Positions 46,448 through 58,007 are shown, numbered from the whole stretch's first letter. The stretch is 63,489 nt of DNA, filler included, from Reclinomonas americana ATCC 50394 (GCA_048213135.1; 28 parts of 28 records of this genome joined end to end with filler, not necessarily neighbours in it), one strand, 5' to 3'. Numbers and translations: made by a program. The notes: generated by a model from the letters alone, not told the origin.

Positions 46448-46642
46448 TCAGCGTGAGGCGTTGGCTATTCGAGTGAGCGTCTCCTCGGTCGTGAAGACTT
46501 CTCCTTCGCGTTCGGCGAGAGCCTTTGCGTGGAGTTCTTCCATGCCGGCGCGGACTCCTTGTAGACGGGCATGCCGGGTTGCGTCGTTCACTTCTTTCAA
46601 TGGCGTCTCTTCGGTTGGCCGGCCGAGTGGTGCCGCCGGCAC
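46448..46642 (-). CDS. Small hypothetical protein
   Basis: 64-aa ORF downstream of and co-oriented with 46661-47011. Confidence 0.4.
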   Translation of the reverse strand: MPAAPLGRPTEETPLKEVNDATRHARLQGVRAGMEELHAKALAEREGEVFTTEETLTRIANASR

Positions 46643-46660
46643 GCGTGGCTTATGCGCCGC

Positions 46661-47011
46661 TCAGAGCTCGCGGTTCCAATCCTCCAGAACGAAATCGGAG
46701 CATGCACGCCGCGCCTCCTTCTCGTAGCAGTGGGAGAAGACGAAGCCTGCCTTTATGTCCTCGCGGCTCATCGATTCGACGTCAAGGAGTGCCCAATCAG
46801 CGTCCTCTCGGTGTGCGAATGCCCCTGCGTAGAGATCTTCCACCCCGGTGCATGCGTCGTAGACCGGATCGATTAGTGCTGCGAGCTGTGCTTCCTCGTC
46901 GGCGAGCATCGCGCTGAGCGTCGCTTGCTCTTCATCCGAAACAGCACCGTCAGCGTAGATCGCATCGTACTCGGGCCCGAACAGGGGATGCGTCGCGTAG
47001 TGCTGATTCAT
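46661..47011 (-). CDS. Hypothetical acidic protein
   Basis: 116-aa ORF with plausible composition. No family recognised. Confidence 0.55.
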   Translation of the reverse strand: MNQHYATHPLFGPEYDAIYADGAVSDEEQATLSAMLADEEAQLAALIDPVYDACTGVEDLYAGAFAHREDADWALLDVESMSREDIKAGFVFSHCYEKEARRACSDFVLEDWNREL

Positions 47012-47235
47012 CGCGACGCTGGCCGACCCGAATGCGGCGTCGCAGTTCGGGGGTTGCGGCTTCCGGCGTCGCCTGCTGGATCAGGTTCACGATGAGGATA
47101 ACGCCGGCGGTGATCGCGACCAGGCTGGTGATGGTNNNNNNNNNNNNNNNNNNNNNNNNNNNNNNNNNNNNNNNNNNNNTTAATTAATTAANNNNNNNNN
47201 NNNNNNNNNNNNNNNNNNNNNNNNNNNNNNNNNNN

Positions 47236-47649
47236 TCGGAACTGTGCGCAGTGAGTGTGTGTGTGAGAGAGAGAGAGGATGAGAGAGAGAGAGAGAAAGA
47301 GAGATGCACCTCGCGCGCCACCAATCACATCGCCTTCGGTGGCCACCCACTCGACAACACAGTCGAGATACTCAAACACGGCTGTGAAGAACGGAACTCC
47401 TGTTTGCAAATGTGAGCGAGAAAGAGGGAGCTGCGCGGGTGTGTACTCAGCCAGCAGCCGACACCAACCGGCCAGTGTGACATCGGGCGACTTGACAAAG
47501 AGCGTGGCGGAGGCCTCGGCAGTGCCAACCACTGCACCACCGACATCGAAGGCCGGGATGTCCTCACGCAGGAACTCTTGCACAGTGCGATCGGCAAAGT
47601 CTGGCGGCAGAAGCGCTGCAAACTTGGAAACGGAAGACGCCACGGCCAT
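47236..47649 (-). CDS. QPRT: Quinolinate phosphoribosyltransferase, eukaryotic, 5' exons; intron 47400-47468
   Basis: FLREDIPAFDVGGAVVG..LFVKS..LAG|VPFFTAVF..VEW..EG. Confidence 0.9.
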
Positions 47650-47769
47650 CGCTTGCACACAATGAATTAAATGACCAACAACATCGATCTTGTCCCGCGT
47701 GCGTCGTCCTCGCTCTGCATCCAACCCTTCGCTGGTGACGGCACCCGCGGGTGTGATCTCCCCACAACC

Positions 47770-50408
47770 ATGTTCAAGAAAGCGTTGGCCGAGGCCTCAC
47801 GTCGCGTCCAGCAAGAACGCTCGACAGTCGATGACGACGAAAGTGGGCAGTTTGGCGCCGCCGACAACGGCGACGACGATCGTGGAAGTGATGGCGATCG
47901 CGATGGCGATGAAGAAGAAGAGGAAGGCGGAGGCGGAGTACGCGAGGTAGACGAGGATGAGATGTTCAACTGGTCGGAGAGTGCGGCGACGCCAGTGTCA
48001 CGACGAGGGTCGGCGAGACGAGCGGCAACGCGCGCTGCGGTACAGGAGGCTGATGAAGAGGAGGATGGGGAAGAGGAGGAGGTGGCGAGCGGTAGTCGCC
48101 GAGCCTTGTCGCAGCGTGTAGCGGATGCATTGGACGATGAGCGGGGGAGCGGCAGTGGGCGGCAGCGACGAGTGGTTGACGATGATTTCGCAGGTCGTGA
48201 ACCACTCTCAGCTGATGGTGAGTTGTGTTCTTGTCTGTCTCTGTGTGCGTGTGTGCTGAACTACTCCGTGCGATTACGTGCAGCGCGGTACTGGAAAGGT
48301 CGCTACGAGGAAAAACTCAGTGCGACCTCGGCAACGGGCGGGAAACGTGGTAAGCGCGCCGCCGCCGATGCAGGGTCTCGCAAATCGTCCACGAGTGCTG
48401 CCTCCAGGCGACTCGGTGAGTGCGGATCTACCTTGTACCATCCATTAATGTTTGTCGGCGCTGTTCTCACCGACGCGATCGCTTTCGAGCAGGTGAGGTC
48501 AAGGAGGAGACCGAGTCTGCGGTCGCCGCCGCCGAGCGCGGCGACATGCTGGCGATGCATCACGAAATCAAGAATCTCAAGCAGCAGCTGGACATGAAAC
48601 GAGCGCAGGTGCGCACTATGATGCGTCAGCACGATGCGCTGCTGGCCAAGGCTCGTGGTGAGCAGGGGCAGGATCAATCATCGGACTTGGCTCGCAAGGT
48701 GCATTCATCTGGCGGTGTGCAAGCGAATGCTGCCCAGTGCTCATCTGTCGCTGCAGTGCAAGGAGATGCGTGAAGAAATGATCCTCAATCGTCGTGTACG
48801 AGCCGAGCTGGAGGACCAGCTGCTGAAGACCGGGATGCCGCTGGAGACGGTAAGTGATGGTCACTAGTAGTTGCTTGCACCAATCGCCTGCACGGGGATG
48901 ATCACATGCGCGCGCGCGCGCGCAGCTGCGAGAGGTTGAACGAAAGGCAATTGTGGGTAACGGTGGTTCGCGCAAGAATCTCGACGAGCTGGAAACTAAG
49001 AAACAGGTGCCGCTCGCTCCTACAGGCCATGCATAACTGTCACCTGCTCATCCTCTGTGATTGTAGGTGGATGCGCTGAAGAAGGAACTTGAGGCGATGA
49101 AGCGGCAAAAAACACGCGAACGGATAGTGTATGGTGTGTGTGTATATATTTGAACTGGCATGATTTCTGCTCTGGCGCGTACTCACAAGTATGTGTGTGT
49201 CTCACACAGTCACGCGAGAGGCTGGCATGTCGTCGACTGTCCTGTCACGATACGCAGAATCGTTTGCCGCTCGTGAATTGCTGGATAATCCAGAAGTGCA
49301 GGCGCTTCGACGTGTGGTGGAGGAACTTCGTGCGGAATTGCTGGCGGTCCGTGAGGCAGAAGCCACTGTGCGGCGCAAGTGAGTCTACCTCTCCCTTGTT
49401 TCTGTTGTTATGGGGTGCTGACGGACAGGGATACGTGACGTGCTGTGTAGTGCGATGCAAGAAGCCGCCGATCACAGCGTTCTCTGCAAGAAGCTACAGC
49501 AGCAAGCGGACGAGGCTGAGGAACACCGAGTGCAGGCCGTCGCCGAGCAGGCGCAATCGCATGCCGAGGCAGAGAAACTAAGAGCGCAAGTTGAGGCGAT
49601 GGAGCGAGAATTCTCTCAGGTGTGTAGGGCACTGGAGGCGTGTTCCGTCGAAGGTGGATGATGACGAGAAAGCGCCCATGCATGTCGCAGCGCAAGGGGG
49701 AGGAGTCGGCGCAGACGGCCGCAGTACAAGCTCAAGTGACGAGGCTTGAGGGAGAACTTAGTACGGCGAGTGCCAAGTTGCGGCAACAGGAGTACGAGTT
49801 CCAGGTGGCACAGAGTCACGTGGTGGAGTTGCAAAAAGTTGGGTTGCAATGATCCACTGCCGCGCTACAGCATTTCGCGCTCACCCTCGCGATTATGTTG
49901 CGCAGGAAATTGACGAACTCCAGTTTGCAGAGCGAGCCGCCCGTGAGTCCTACAAGAGCGCTTCACAAGAATGCCAGGTTCTGTTGTCGCGCGCTGCGAC
50001 TATTGTTGTATTGTATTTGCGATTTCTCACAGATGCCCTGTGCTGCACAGTTGTGGCAGAAGAAGCACGACAAGGTCGTCGCACAGTGCCAGTTGCTGCG
50101 AGAGCAGGCGCAGTATTTGACAACTGAGCTAGATGTGCGCAACTTGTGTTTCCACCACTCCACCATCGCACGCGTTACTGAACTTCTCCCCCGTGCGTGA
50201 CTGCGTGCAGAGCTTGAGAGCAAGAGTGCTGGAACTAGAATCGGCAGTCGACCAAGCTGATCCACCCACCAATGGCACTGTCACTCCCGTGACTATGGAT
50301 CGAGCGCAGCAGCACGGATCAAATCAAGAAGCGGCCACGGCACCAATCGTGATACGTGATCACACACAATTCCAGGCACAAGGAGCGCCTCAAACACAAC
50401 AACAACAA
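47770..50408 (+). CDS. Long coiled-coil protein, many short introns, 3' partial
   Basis: Successive heptad-rich exons with GT..CAG introns. Confidence 0.65.
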
Positions 50409-50575
50409 NNNNNNNNNNNNNNNNNNNNNNNNNNNNNNNNNNNNNNNNNNNNTTAATTAATTAANNNNNNNNNNNNNNNNNNNNNNNNNNNNNNNNNNNN
50501 NNNNNNNNCCTAGCGTAGGGAGATGGATCGCACGTCGATATGCTCGGCGCATGATCTTTGCCGCCGCGCCGACCG

Positions 50576-51019
50576 ATGCCATCCACCATCGATCCGACGC
50601 TCTTAGCGCTGATCCCAATACTGACCGTCGTGCTTACCATCTTCGCCGGGCTCGTCGGCGCGGCTATTCAGGGGCGCCGCGAACATGCCCGATGGGTGCG
50701 GGAACGCCGGTACGAGGCGTACATTGCCCTCACAACTCTCCACAACAAGCTGCAATCCGCGTCACAAGGTCGTGTCGCCGCGCTTGCCGCGGGACGTGAC
50801 CCGCAGACCGACCATGTCGTGGTCGAAGTCCATCGCGACGCGCTCGCCGCATTCCCGGGTGCCGTCGCTCCACTGCATGTGCTCGGCCCGGCCAGTGTCG
50901 GAGCAGCAGCCGACGAGGTGATGGGGCTGCTTGGTGATGAGTCTCAGAACGATGCGCGACGAGAAGCCGAGATGCGGCTTGCGACGGAGATGCGAAAGGC
51001 GCTCGGCGTCAAGTTCTAG
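50576..51019 (+). CDS. Hypothetical actinobacterial protein with N-terminal TM helix
   Basis: LIPILTVVLTIFAGLVGA..W.RERRYEAY..MRKALG. Confidence 0.65.
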   Translation: MPSTIDPTLLALIPILTVVLTIFAGLVGAAIQGRREHARWVRERRYEAYIALTTLHNKLQSASQGRVAALAAGRDPQTDHVVVEVHRDALAAFPGAVAPLHVLGPASVGAAADEVMGLLGDESQNDARREAEMRLATEMRKALGVKF

Positions 51020-51336
51020 CCCAACAAGATAGGAGCCCCGTCGGCGTTCCGCTCGCTCGAGGGGGACTGCGGCATTCGGCAGTGTCATCCTGCGTCAGCG
51101 CTCGCTCGAATCCCCAGTTGTCGAGGACTTCGTCGACCTCGTGCTGCTGCCAGCGCTGCGGGTCTGAACCTTCGCGTCGAGCGGCTCAGTCCTGGCCGTC
51201 TCCCTCGACGACGGCATCGTCCGCGGCGGCTTTGGCGGCAGCGCCTTCCTCCGTGGATTCCGCCCCGCCGCTCGAGGCCGACTCGTCCGCCGCCGTGTCG
51301 CCGGACCGCCGTGAGGGGTCTTCGCATTCCTGGTCT

Positions 51337-51492
51337 CTACCCTCCCGACGGGTTCTCGACGGGCTTCCCGTCCTCGTCCGTCGTCTCCTCGTCGAGAAGC
51401 TTCTGGACATCGTCGGGCGTGCCGCCGGCCGGTGCGTCGGCGGCTTCGACCGCACCCTTGCCTTCGTTCTGGTTCTTCGGATCGCTTGTCAT
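51337..51492 (-). CDS. Small acidic hypothetical protein
   Basis: MTSDPKNQ...GKPVENPSGG. Confidence 0.5.
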   Translation of the reverse strand: MTSDPKNQNEGKGAVEAADAPAGGTPDDVQKLLDEETTDEDGKPVENPSGG

Positions 51493-51591
51493 CCGGCGAA
51501 CGTACGCTCCTGGCTCCCGCCGAGCGAGGGGGTTGACCATCGCGCTCGAGCGGCAGCGGACGCGGAGCGGGTCAACTCGCATTGCACAATC

Positions 51592-51608
51592 ACTACATCC
51601 GTTGTAGT
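51592..51608. promoter_or_regulatory. Palindromic operator candidate ACTACA-N5-TGTAGT
   Basis: Perfect 6-bp inverted repeat about 35 bp upstream of the DHFR-family gene. Confidence 0.45.
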
Positions 51609-51642
51609 TTCAACTGCGACACCTGTTGTGAATGGAGAGATC

Positions 51643-52212
51643 ATGCGAGAACTCGTGTACTACGTCGCCGTCAGCCTCGACGGTTTCATCGCCGGCCCGA
51701 ACGGCGAGTTCGATGCGTTCCTGATCGAGGGCGACCACATGGACGCGATCAACGATCGCTTCGCCGACACCATCCCGACGGATGCCGCCACCGCGCTCGG
51801 CATCCGCCAGGACCGCACCGAGTTCGACACGGTGCTGATGGGCTGGAACACCTATGCGATCGGCGGAACTCCGAGTCCGTACCGCCACCTCCGGCAGATC
51901 GTGTTCAGCCGCACCCGCACGGCAGAGGCCGAGAACCTCGAGGTGACGGCCGAGGATCCGCGGGCCGTCGTCCAACGGCTCAAGAACGAGGACGGCGCAG
52001 CGATCTGGCTCTGCGGCGGCGGGGAGCTCGCCGCGACGCTGGCCGACGAGATCGACCGGCTGGTCCTCAAGCGGCAGTCGCTGCTCTTCGGAGATGGCAT
52101 CCCACTGTTCGGCGACCGTCTCTACCAACCCGAGCGGTTCGAGCCTGTGGAGACGACAGCGTTCCGGACCGGTGTCGTCGTGTCGGAGCTCGTCCGTCGC
52201 CGCGAAGGATGA
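51643..52212 (+). CDS. Dihydrofolate reductase/RibD C-terminal family protein
   Basis: YYVAVSLDGFIA, LMGWNTY, IWLCGGG and LFGDGIPLF. Confidence 0.9.
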   Translation: MRELVYYVAVSLDGFIAGPNGEFDAFLIEGDHMDAINDRFADTIPTDAATALGIRQDRTEFDTVLMGWNTYAIGGTPSPYRHLRQIVFSRTRTAEAENLEVTAEDPRAVVQRLKNEDGAAIWLCGGGELAATLADEIDRLVLKRQSLLFGDGIPLFGDRLYQPERFEPVETTAFRTGVVVSELVRRREG

Positions 52213-52329
52213 CCGCCACCTGCCGCTGAGCGCGTTCGAGTATGCCGGAATACGATTCCGCCGGCTCGGCTGGGCCTCTTCGTCGGGCTGGTGCGGATTG
52301 CTAGCATTGTGCTGTCAAGGAGGTGCAGC

Positions 52330-52656
52330 ATGGCGACGGTGACGATCCGGAACCTGAGCGACGAGGTGGTGGCCGCACTCAAAGAGCGCGCACGACGCAA
52401 CTCTCGCTCGATGGAGGCCGAGGCGCGCGATCTGCTCACGCGCATGGCGGAAGGAGAAGAGTTCGTGAGCGGGGTAGAGGCGCGCATCGCCGCACGAATC
52501 CGACCGCGCTGGTCCATGCCGACGAGCGAGTTGATGGCGCGAATCGCTCAGAGCCCGCCACCACCCGTCGACGCCGAAGCCTGGCTCGCGGACACTCGAG
52601 CAGACGACGATTCCGAAGACTTCCGCGATCCCTGGGACCAGCATGCTGCTTCTTGA
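52330..52656 (+). CDS. FitA-like ribbon-helix-helix antitoxin
   Basis: MATVTIRNLSDEVVAALKERARRNSRSMEAEAR. Confidence 0.88.
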   Translation: MATVTIRNLSDEVVAALKERARRNSRSMEAEARDLLTRMAEGEEFVSGVEARIAARIRPRWSMPTSELMARIAQSPPPPVDAEAWLADTRADDDSEDFRDPWDQHAAS

Positions 52657-52845
52657 CACGTCGGTGCTCATCGATGTGGACAGAGTCCGCCTTCCCGACG
52701 AAGCGCTCACCTTCAGCGCAGTGACCTATTCGGAGCTGGTGTTCGGTATCGAGGCAGCGTCGACCGAGGCGCTTCGCCGTGAGCGCACGGCACGATTGGC
52801 ATGGCTTCGAGACACCTTGGAAACGGAGTGGCTGCCTTTCGACAC
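52643..52845 (+). CDS. PIN-domain VapC/FitB toxin, partial
   Basis: LLDTSVLI..SAVTYSEL..LPFD. Overlaps the antitoxin. Confidence 0.88.
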
Positions 52846-55464
52846 NNNNNNNNNNNNNNNNNNNNNNNNNNNNNNNNNNNNNNNNNNNNTTAATTAATTA
52901 ANNNNNNNNNNNNNNNNNNNNNNNNNNNNNNNNNNNNNNNNNNNNCGCACACACTCGGCGAGCAAGACACGAGACTCGTGGACTGCGTTGGATGATCTTG
53001 GAGGGTGCAGTCTGCCCTACATGGTGCACCATGTTGGTACGCAAGAACACGAAAGATGCGTGTGCAGTCGTGCAAACACCGCGAAATCACGTGTTTGCGA
53101 TGCCCAAGGCGGCGGTTGCGTGCGCGATGGTGGCGCTTGCTGCCAACATCAGTGCATACACATACCTCGACACCTCCTGCTCTCATTGCAGTGCAGCACG
53201 CACAGAGACGGGCCAAAACATACATCAGGAAACAGTGTCCACTGGGAACAACTTGCGCAGGTGCGTGCACAGCCCGAAAAAACACGGTGAGCCACTGCGA
53301 AACGTGTTGGCACACCCCCTGGTGCACAAGGCGCAGTGCCAGCGTACTGTGGTGTCGCGGTGGCGCGTCGACAAGACGGTTTCCGGCAAACTTCGCGCAA
53401 CTTCCACTGCGTCCTGCGAGCCTTAATTCACGAAGGAGATGGTTGCTTGGGCCACAGAGACCGGCCATCTATAGCCGAAGATGTACTCCCTCGGCTAGTC
53501 AGCTCAGAATGCTTAACGGACCACGCAGGAGCGCATACTTCGCAAACAAAAAACGTTCCCGGAAAATCAGCTGGAAGTCCATGCAGTTGTCGAGCTGCAA
53601 GCCCTCAAAATCAGCTCCATTCGTTTTCTGCTTGTTAGAAGGATCGAGAAACTTTCTTTTACGCGTTGCACATACTTTTCCTTCATCTGGCTTCGCTTGG
53701 CTCGAGTTGGCCGGCCTTCCGGATCCAGAGGCCTGGGCTGGCCTCCGAAGTCACCAGGCTCCTTCCCAGCCGTCACACTTCACCGTCCACGCCGTCGATC
53801 AGTCGGCGGACGAGACATCGCAGTGTGCAACACACGCAGCGGCACGGCCAGCGCGTGTTCGTGCAGTGGCAGCGCAGTGACTCTCCTCTCGCTTCACCGT
53901 GGGGTTTCGTGTGCAAGTGAGTGTGTGCGATATGGCAACGCACTTGCCGCGGCACACTGGTAGTGGTGCAAGTGNNNNNNNNNNNNNNNNNNNNNNNNNN
54001 NNNNNNNNNNNNNNNNNNTTAATTAATTAANNNNNNNNNNNNNNNNNNNNNNNNNNNNNNNNNNNNNNNNNNNNCTGTTCCACGCACGCTCGATCGCTTT
54101 TGAGTGGGGCGCTCATCCAGGCAACTTGTGTCTATCACACGGCACGGCGCTGCACGATCGCCGACGTGCGTGTGATGATGCCCATCGCGTGTGGTGGTCA
54201 GTGTGTCTGCACTGCAAATTGCGTCGCCAAGTCGATGCCGCTGCAGCGCGACAGCGCTGGGAAGTCGTCAGTGGTGTAGAGTACAGAGTGCGTGGCTCGG
54301 CAGCGTGCGTGAGTGACCGCTGGTCGTCGCCTGGCGTCACACACGAGAGCCGTCGATTTTTCCGTACGGCAGTGGCGCGATTATGCGTGCAGTGTGTGTG
54401 CTTGTGGTGGAGTGTTCTTACCACCGCCACGACACAGAAGAGAGTGAGTGGGCGGGTGTCGCACGCCACTTCTGCAGCCAAGTGCTGTCGTCTTGACTGG
54501 TTTTTCGTTCATCCAGCCGGCGCCGGCCGACATCTCCTCTTTGACAGCCACTCGAGCGGCGACACACTGGTTCCTGGCATCCTCCAAAGCACGCGACGCG
54601 ACCCCTTCTCAACTCTGCCACACACTGCGCAGCACTGCCGCGTTGGAGTGCACTGTCGCAAAGAGATTGCTCGTCACAGTGTGCGGTCGCGATGCACGGC
54701 CAGCGAGTGACCACAGCTGGAGCGCTATAGCTAGCATGCTCATGCAGCGCTGCTCCTTGCAAGAGCAGTGCGAGTGCGTGCTCATGTGTGTGTGTATGTG
54801 TGTGTGCAATGAGACGATCATTCATGTCGTCTTTATCATGATGTCGGGTTCACGTTCAGTGCCTGCAAGCTTGCTTGTGGTCTGCATATGTTGCACGTGA
54901 TGCACAGCACTGAGTGGTGTTGTTTGTTGCGTTGCTGTTGGTGACACAATCAAAGGTGACGACCTCACACACGCTTTCATGCTGCACTCACTCTTCCGTC
55001 ATGATTACCGAGGCCTGCAGCTTGTAGCATACGAAGTAGCACTGCACCACGCCGGTACCTGCGCATGCACTGCAGCCTCCACGTGCACTGCGACTCTGTT
55101 GGCGACACGAAAGGGAAAAAGAACCGCATTCCAAATCGGGATGACCTGCGTGTGAGACGTGAAAACACGAAATGAAGCATGCCACGCACACACATGCTGC
55201 GGTGCGGTGTTTGGAGAGCATGCCAGTGGTGCTCTTGGTGCGAGGCGACAAACACAGGGTGAGAAAAGCGAGATGCAGTGCCGTGTGGGAGTCGAACAAA
55301 TTTGAACATTGCGTGAAACTCCGGTCTGAAATGTTGCAATACACACACTCACTCTCCAGCGGCTTGCTGTGCACACCGAGTACATTGGACTATTGCACGC
55401 CGAGTGCCGCAAGAACCACCAAGAGAGAGTGAAAAATGACCGAGAAAATCGGTCAACTTTGTCT

Positions 55465-56140
55465 CGCCGTATTCGCCCGCACTCACAGGATTCGCTCGTG
55501 CTCGCACCGAATTCGCGGTCAGTGGTGCAGTGTAAATCGAACGTCACTCTACTCACCACACAAACATCAGGCGTCAATCTGCTCAACGAGAATGACTCAG
55601 AGAGGGTGCTACGAAGGTACTCTGACGCTCCGTATCACACCAGGAGCAGCAGGAAAGAAGTGGGCGAAAGCACGCACGAATGCGGCCACCGGCCGGATAC
55701 GCCCGACAGCACGCCGAATTCGCGAAATTTGTGTGCAGTTTTCGAACACTGTTTTCTCCCCCCACAAACATCGCACCACCCACCCCAATAGTGCGTTAGA
55801 ACGAGCGAACGACGGCCTCTCGGATGCTGTGCTCCGATCTGCGTGCAGAGCGATATTTGAGAAGTGTGCGCGTATTCGGGGGGCTGCCGGATTCGCCGAC
55901 CGGTATTCGCCACCAAAAAAACCAAGGCAAACGGCGACTTTTGCCGCGAAAAACTGCGAAAAATTTTGTGTTCGGTTTTTCACCCACTTCCACAGTAGCA
56001 CCATCACTTTACTATAGCGCAAAATGCTCAGCGCAAGGGGCCCTCCAACCTCACGTGTCGCACGCGCTGTGAAACGCAGCAGGAAAAAAGTGACTCGAAT
56101 CCGGTGGGATTTTCCGCCGTGATTCGCCGTGATACGCGTC
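55465..56140 (+). repeat. Dispersed same-strand ATTCGC/ATACGC motif array
   Basis: ATTCGC at 55471, 55490, 55511, 55718, 55891, 55905 and 56122. ATACGC at 55697 and 56132. Confidence 0.6.
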
Positions 56141-56287
56141 CGAAAAATTAACCAGTGGATTGTCGCCACTTCGTCCTGGGACGAGGGNNNNNNNNNNNNN
56201 NNNNNNNNNNNNNNNNNNNNNNNNNNNNNNNTTAATTAATTAANNNNNNNNNNNNNNNNNNNNNNNNNNNNNNNNNNNNNNNNNNNN

Positions 56288-57853
56288 GGGCCGTCAGCGA
56301 CTGGAAGTGCGATGGATCGAGCATGGCGTCGACGCTGAGCGACATCTCCACACTGTCCTCGTACACATCCTGAATAGTCTCCGGCGACACCAATATGAAG
56401 GACGAGGCCAGCGCGAGAATGGCGTTGCGCACGCGGCACACACTCTCGCGCCCCGCCGTCTCGTCCGTCACCGTGCTGGCAGGCGACAGCCACACGTAGC
56501 CGTTGAGGCCGAGAATCATGTCCACGCCCAGTGCGGCGAACGAGTGAAAGTGCTGCTTGCACCGCTTGATGAGATGCGGCTGTACCTCCACCAGCACACC
56601 GTTGCCGAGTCGTCCGTAGCGCGATGAACGCGTCTGCAGCGCCATTGAGCCATCCTGCTGATAAAACTGCTGTACCTCGGCGCTGATCAAGTCGCCCTCG
56701 GCGTACATGCTGCGCATGTTCAGCTGGTCCTCGTAGGTTCTCCGCCGCTGAGCGTCGCCCGGCAGTGTCACAGCCGACAGCAGCAGCACGGCGCTCTGGA
56801 ACGAGTTCACATCGACCTTCCACCGCTTGTTGCCGACCTGAGCAGCGCGTGGCAAGTGTTGGAAAGACACGCAAACAAAAAACAACGAAAACAAAGCAAC
56901 AACAAACATCGACAATGCGCCCGACCACCACGTCGCCCACGTGGCCTTGGTAGCGCGACTTGAGTGGCACCACCGACACCAACTGATTGACGCGCTCCAC
57001 CACCCCGCAAATGGCGGCGTACAGGTGGTTGTCGACCGAGTACGTTCCGTGGCCTCTGCGACACAAAAAGTTGTCGTTCAGACCTCAAACTAAAAAAAAA
57101 ACATTGGAACACTCTCGTCTTTGCGTGTCATCCTTGCACAGGGGCCAAGCTAATCTTCTCTGTATCGTTCCAATTTTTGAGTTTGGCGAAGACCCGAAGG
57201 TCTTGCCGACTCCACACATGGTCTCCACCCACACCCATATGCACGCGGCGACACATGCCACGCGATGCATTATGGGACAAGCTGATCGAAATCAGCGGCA
57301 AGTCTGCAATGGACACCACAGACACGAGAAATGTGCAGAACCCTTCCTCTGCCTCCAACGAGGTGCACGGAGAATGTGTACAGAGTGGAGAGAGAGAAAC
57401 TGTGCAACAAAGTGCAACAAAGTGTGCTGTTGTGCATAAGGAGTCAGATGTTGAGTCGGCGGTCATGGCAGAGCCCACACGCGCACACGCACAACTCGGA
57501 GAACACGCACACACACACCACCACCACTGCCACGCTGCAGTTGTTGTGTGCTGCGTGCGCCTGAACGTCGAGAAGAGTGCATTCCCCCAGCAATCTGAAC
57601 ACACTCTCTTATCCCTTCATCTCCTCTCCTTCTCCCTCCCTCCCGTCTCTCTTCTTCACACTGCCTCCCTCACTCACTTGCCCCCCACACACACACGCAC
57701 TCGACTGAGACCACACAGACACGCAGACACTCACCGCAAGTGACCCGTGTCATCCTCTAGAATCAAATCTCCCGGCGTCACCAGGTGCACTCCGCTGTAC
57801 TCGGTCACGCTCTTCCTCCGCCCACTACTGCCGGAGCCACTGCCACTCGCCAT
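56288..57853 (-). CDS. RRP4: Exosome cap subunit RRP4/EXOSC2; exons 57853-57735, 57055-56908, 56837-56288 (3' partial)
   Basis: [39 protein letters not shown]|..[25 protein letters not shown]. Confidence 0.95.
57097..57213 (-). ncRNA. U6: U6 spliceosomal snRNA
   Basis: 5' stem-loop, then AAAATTGGAACGATACAGAGAAGATTAGCTTGGCCCCTGTGCAAGGATGACACGCAAA..GTTCCAATG and a T10 Pol III terminator. Confidence 0.96.
57268..57278 (-). promoter_or_regulatory. USE/PSE-like element GTCCCATAATG upstream of U6
   Basis: At about -65 to -55 from the inferred start. Resembles the plant USE RTCCCACATCG. Confidence 0.35.
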
Positions 57854-58007
57854 GGCTACACGATTAGATCACAGATCACAATCCATCCACCGACACTTCA
57901 TCAATCGCTTCTCTGTCTTCCGTGTGTCTGCGTGTGCGCCTCTCCCTCGCTCGCCGTGAGTGCATCTCTCTGCGTGTGCGTCGGTGGTGCAGCAAAGGCA
58001 AGAATCA

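Noticed and set aside
52946..55400. Transposase or other named gene in these two eukaryote-like contigs
   Set aside because: Intron-like signals and Cys/His-rich fragments are present, but there is no motif set I can support.
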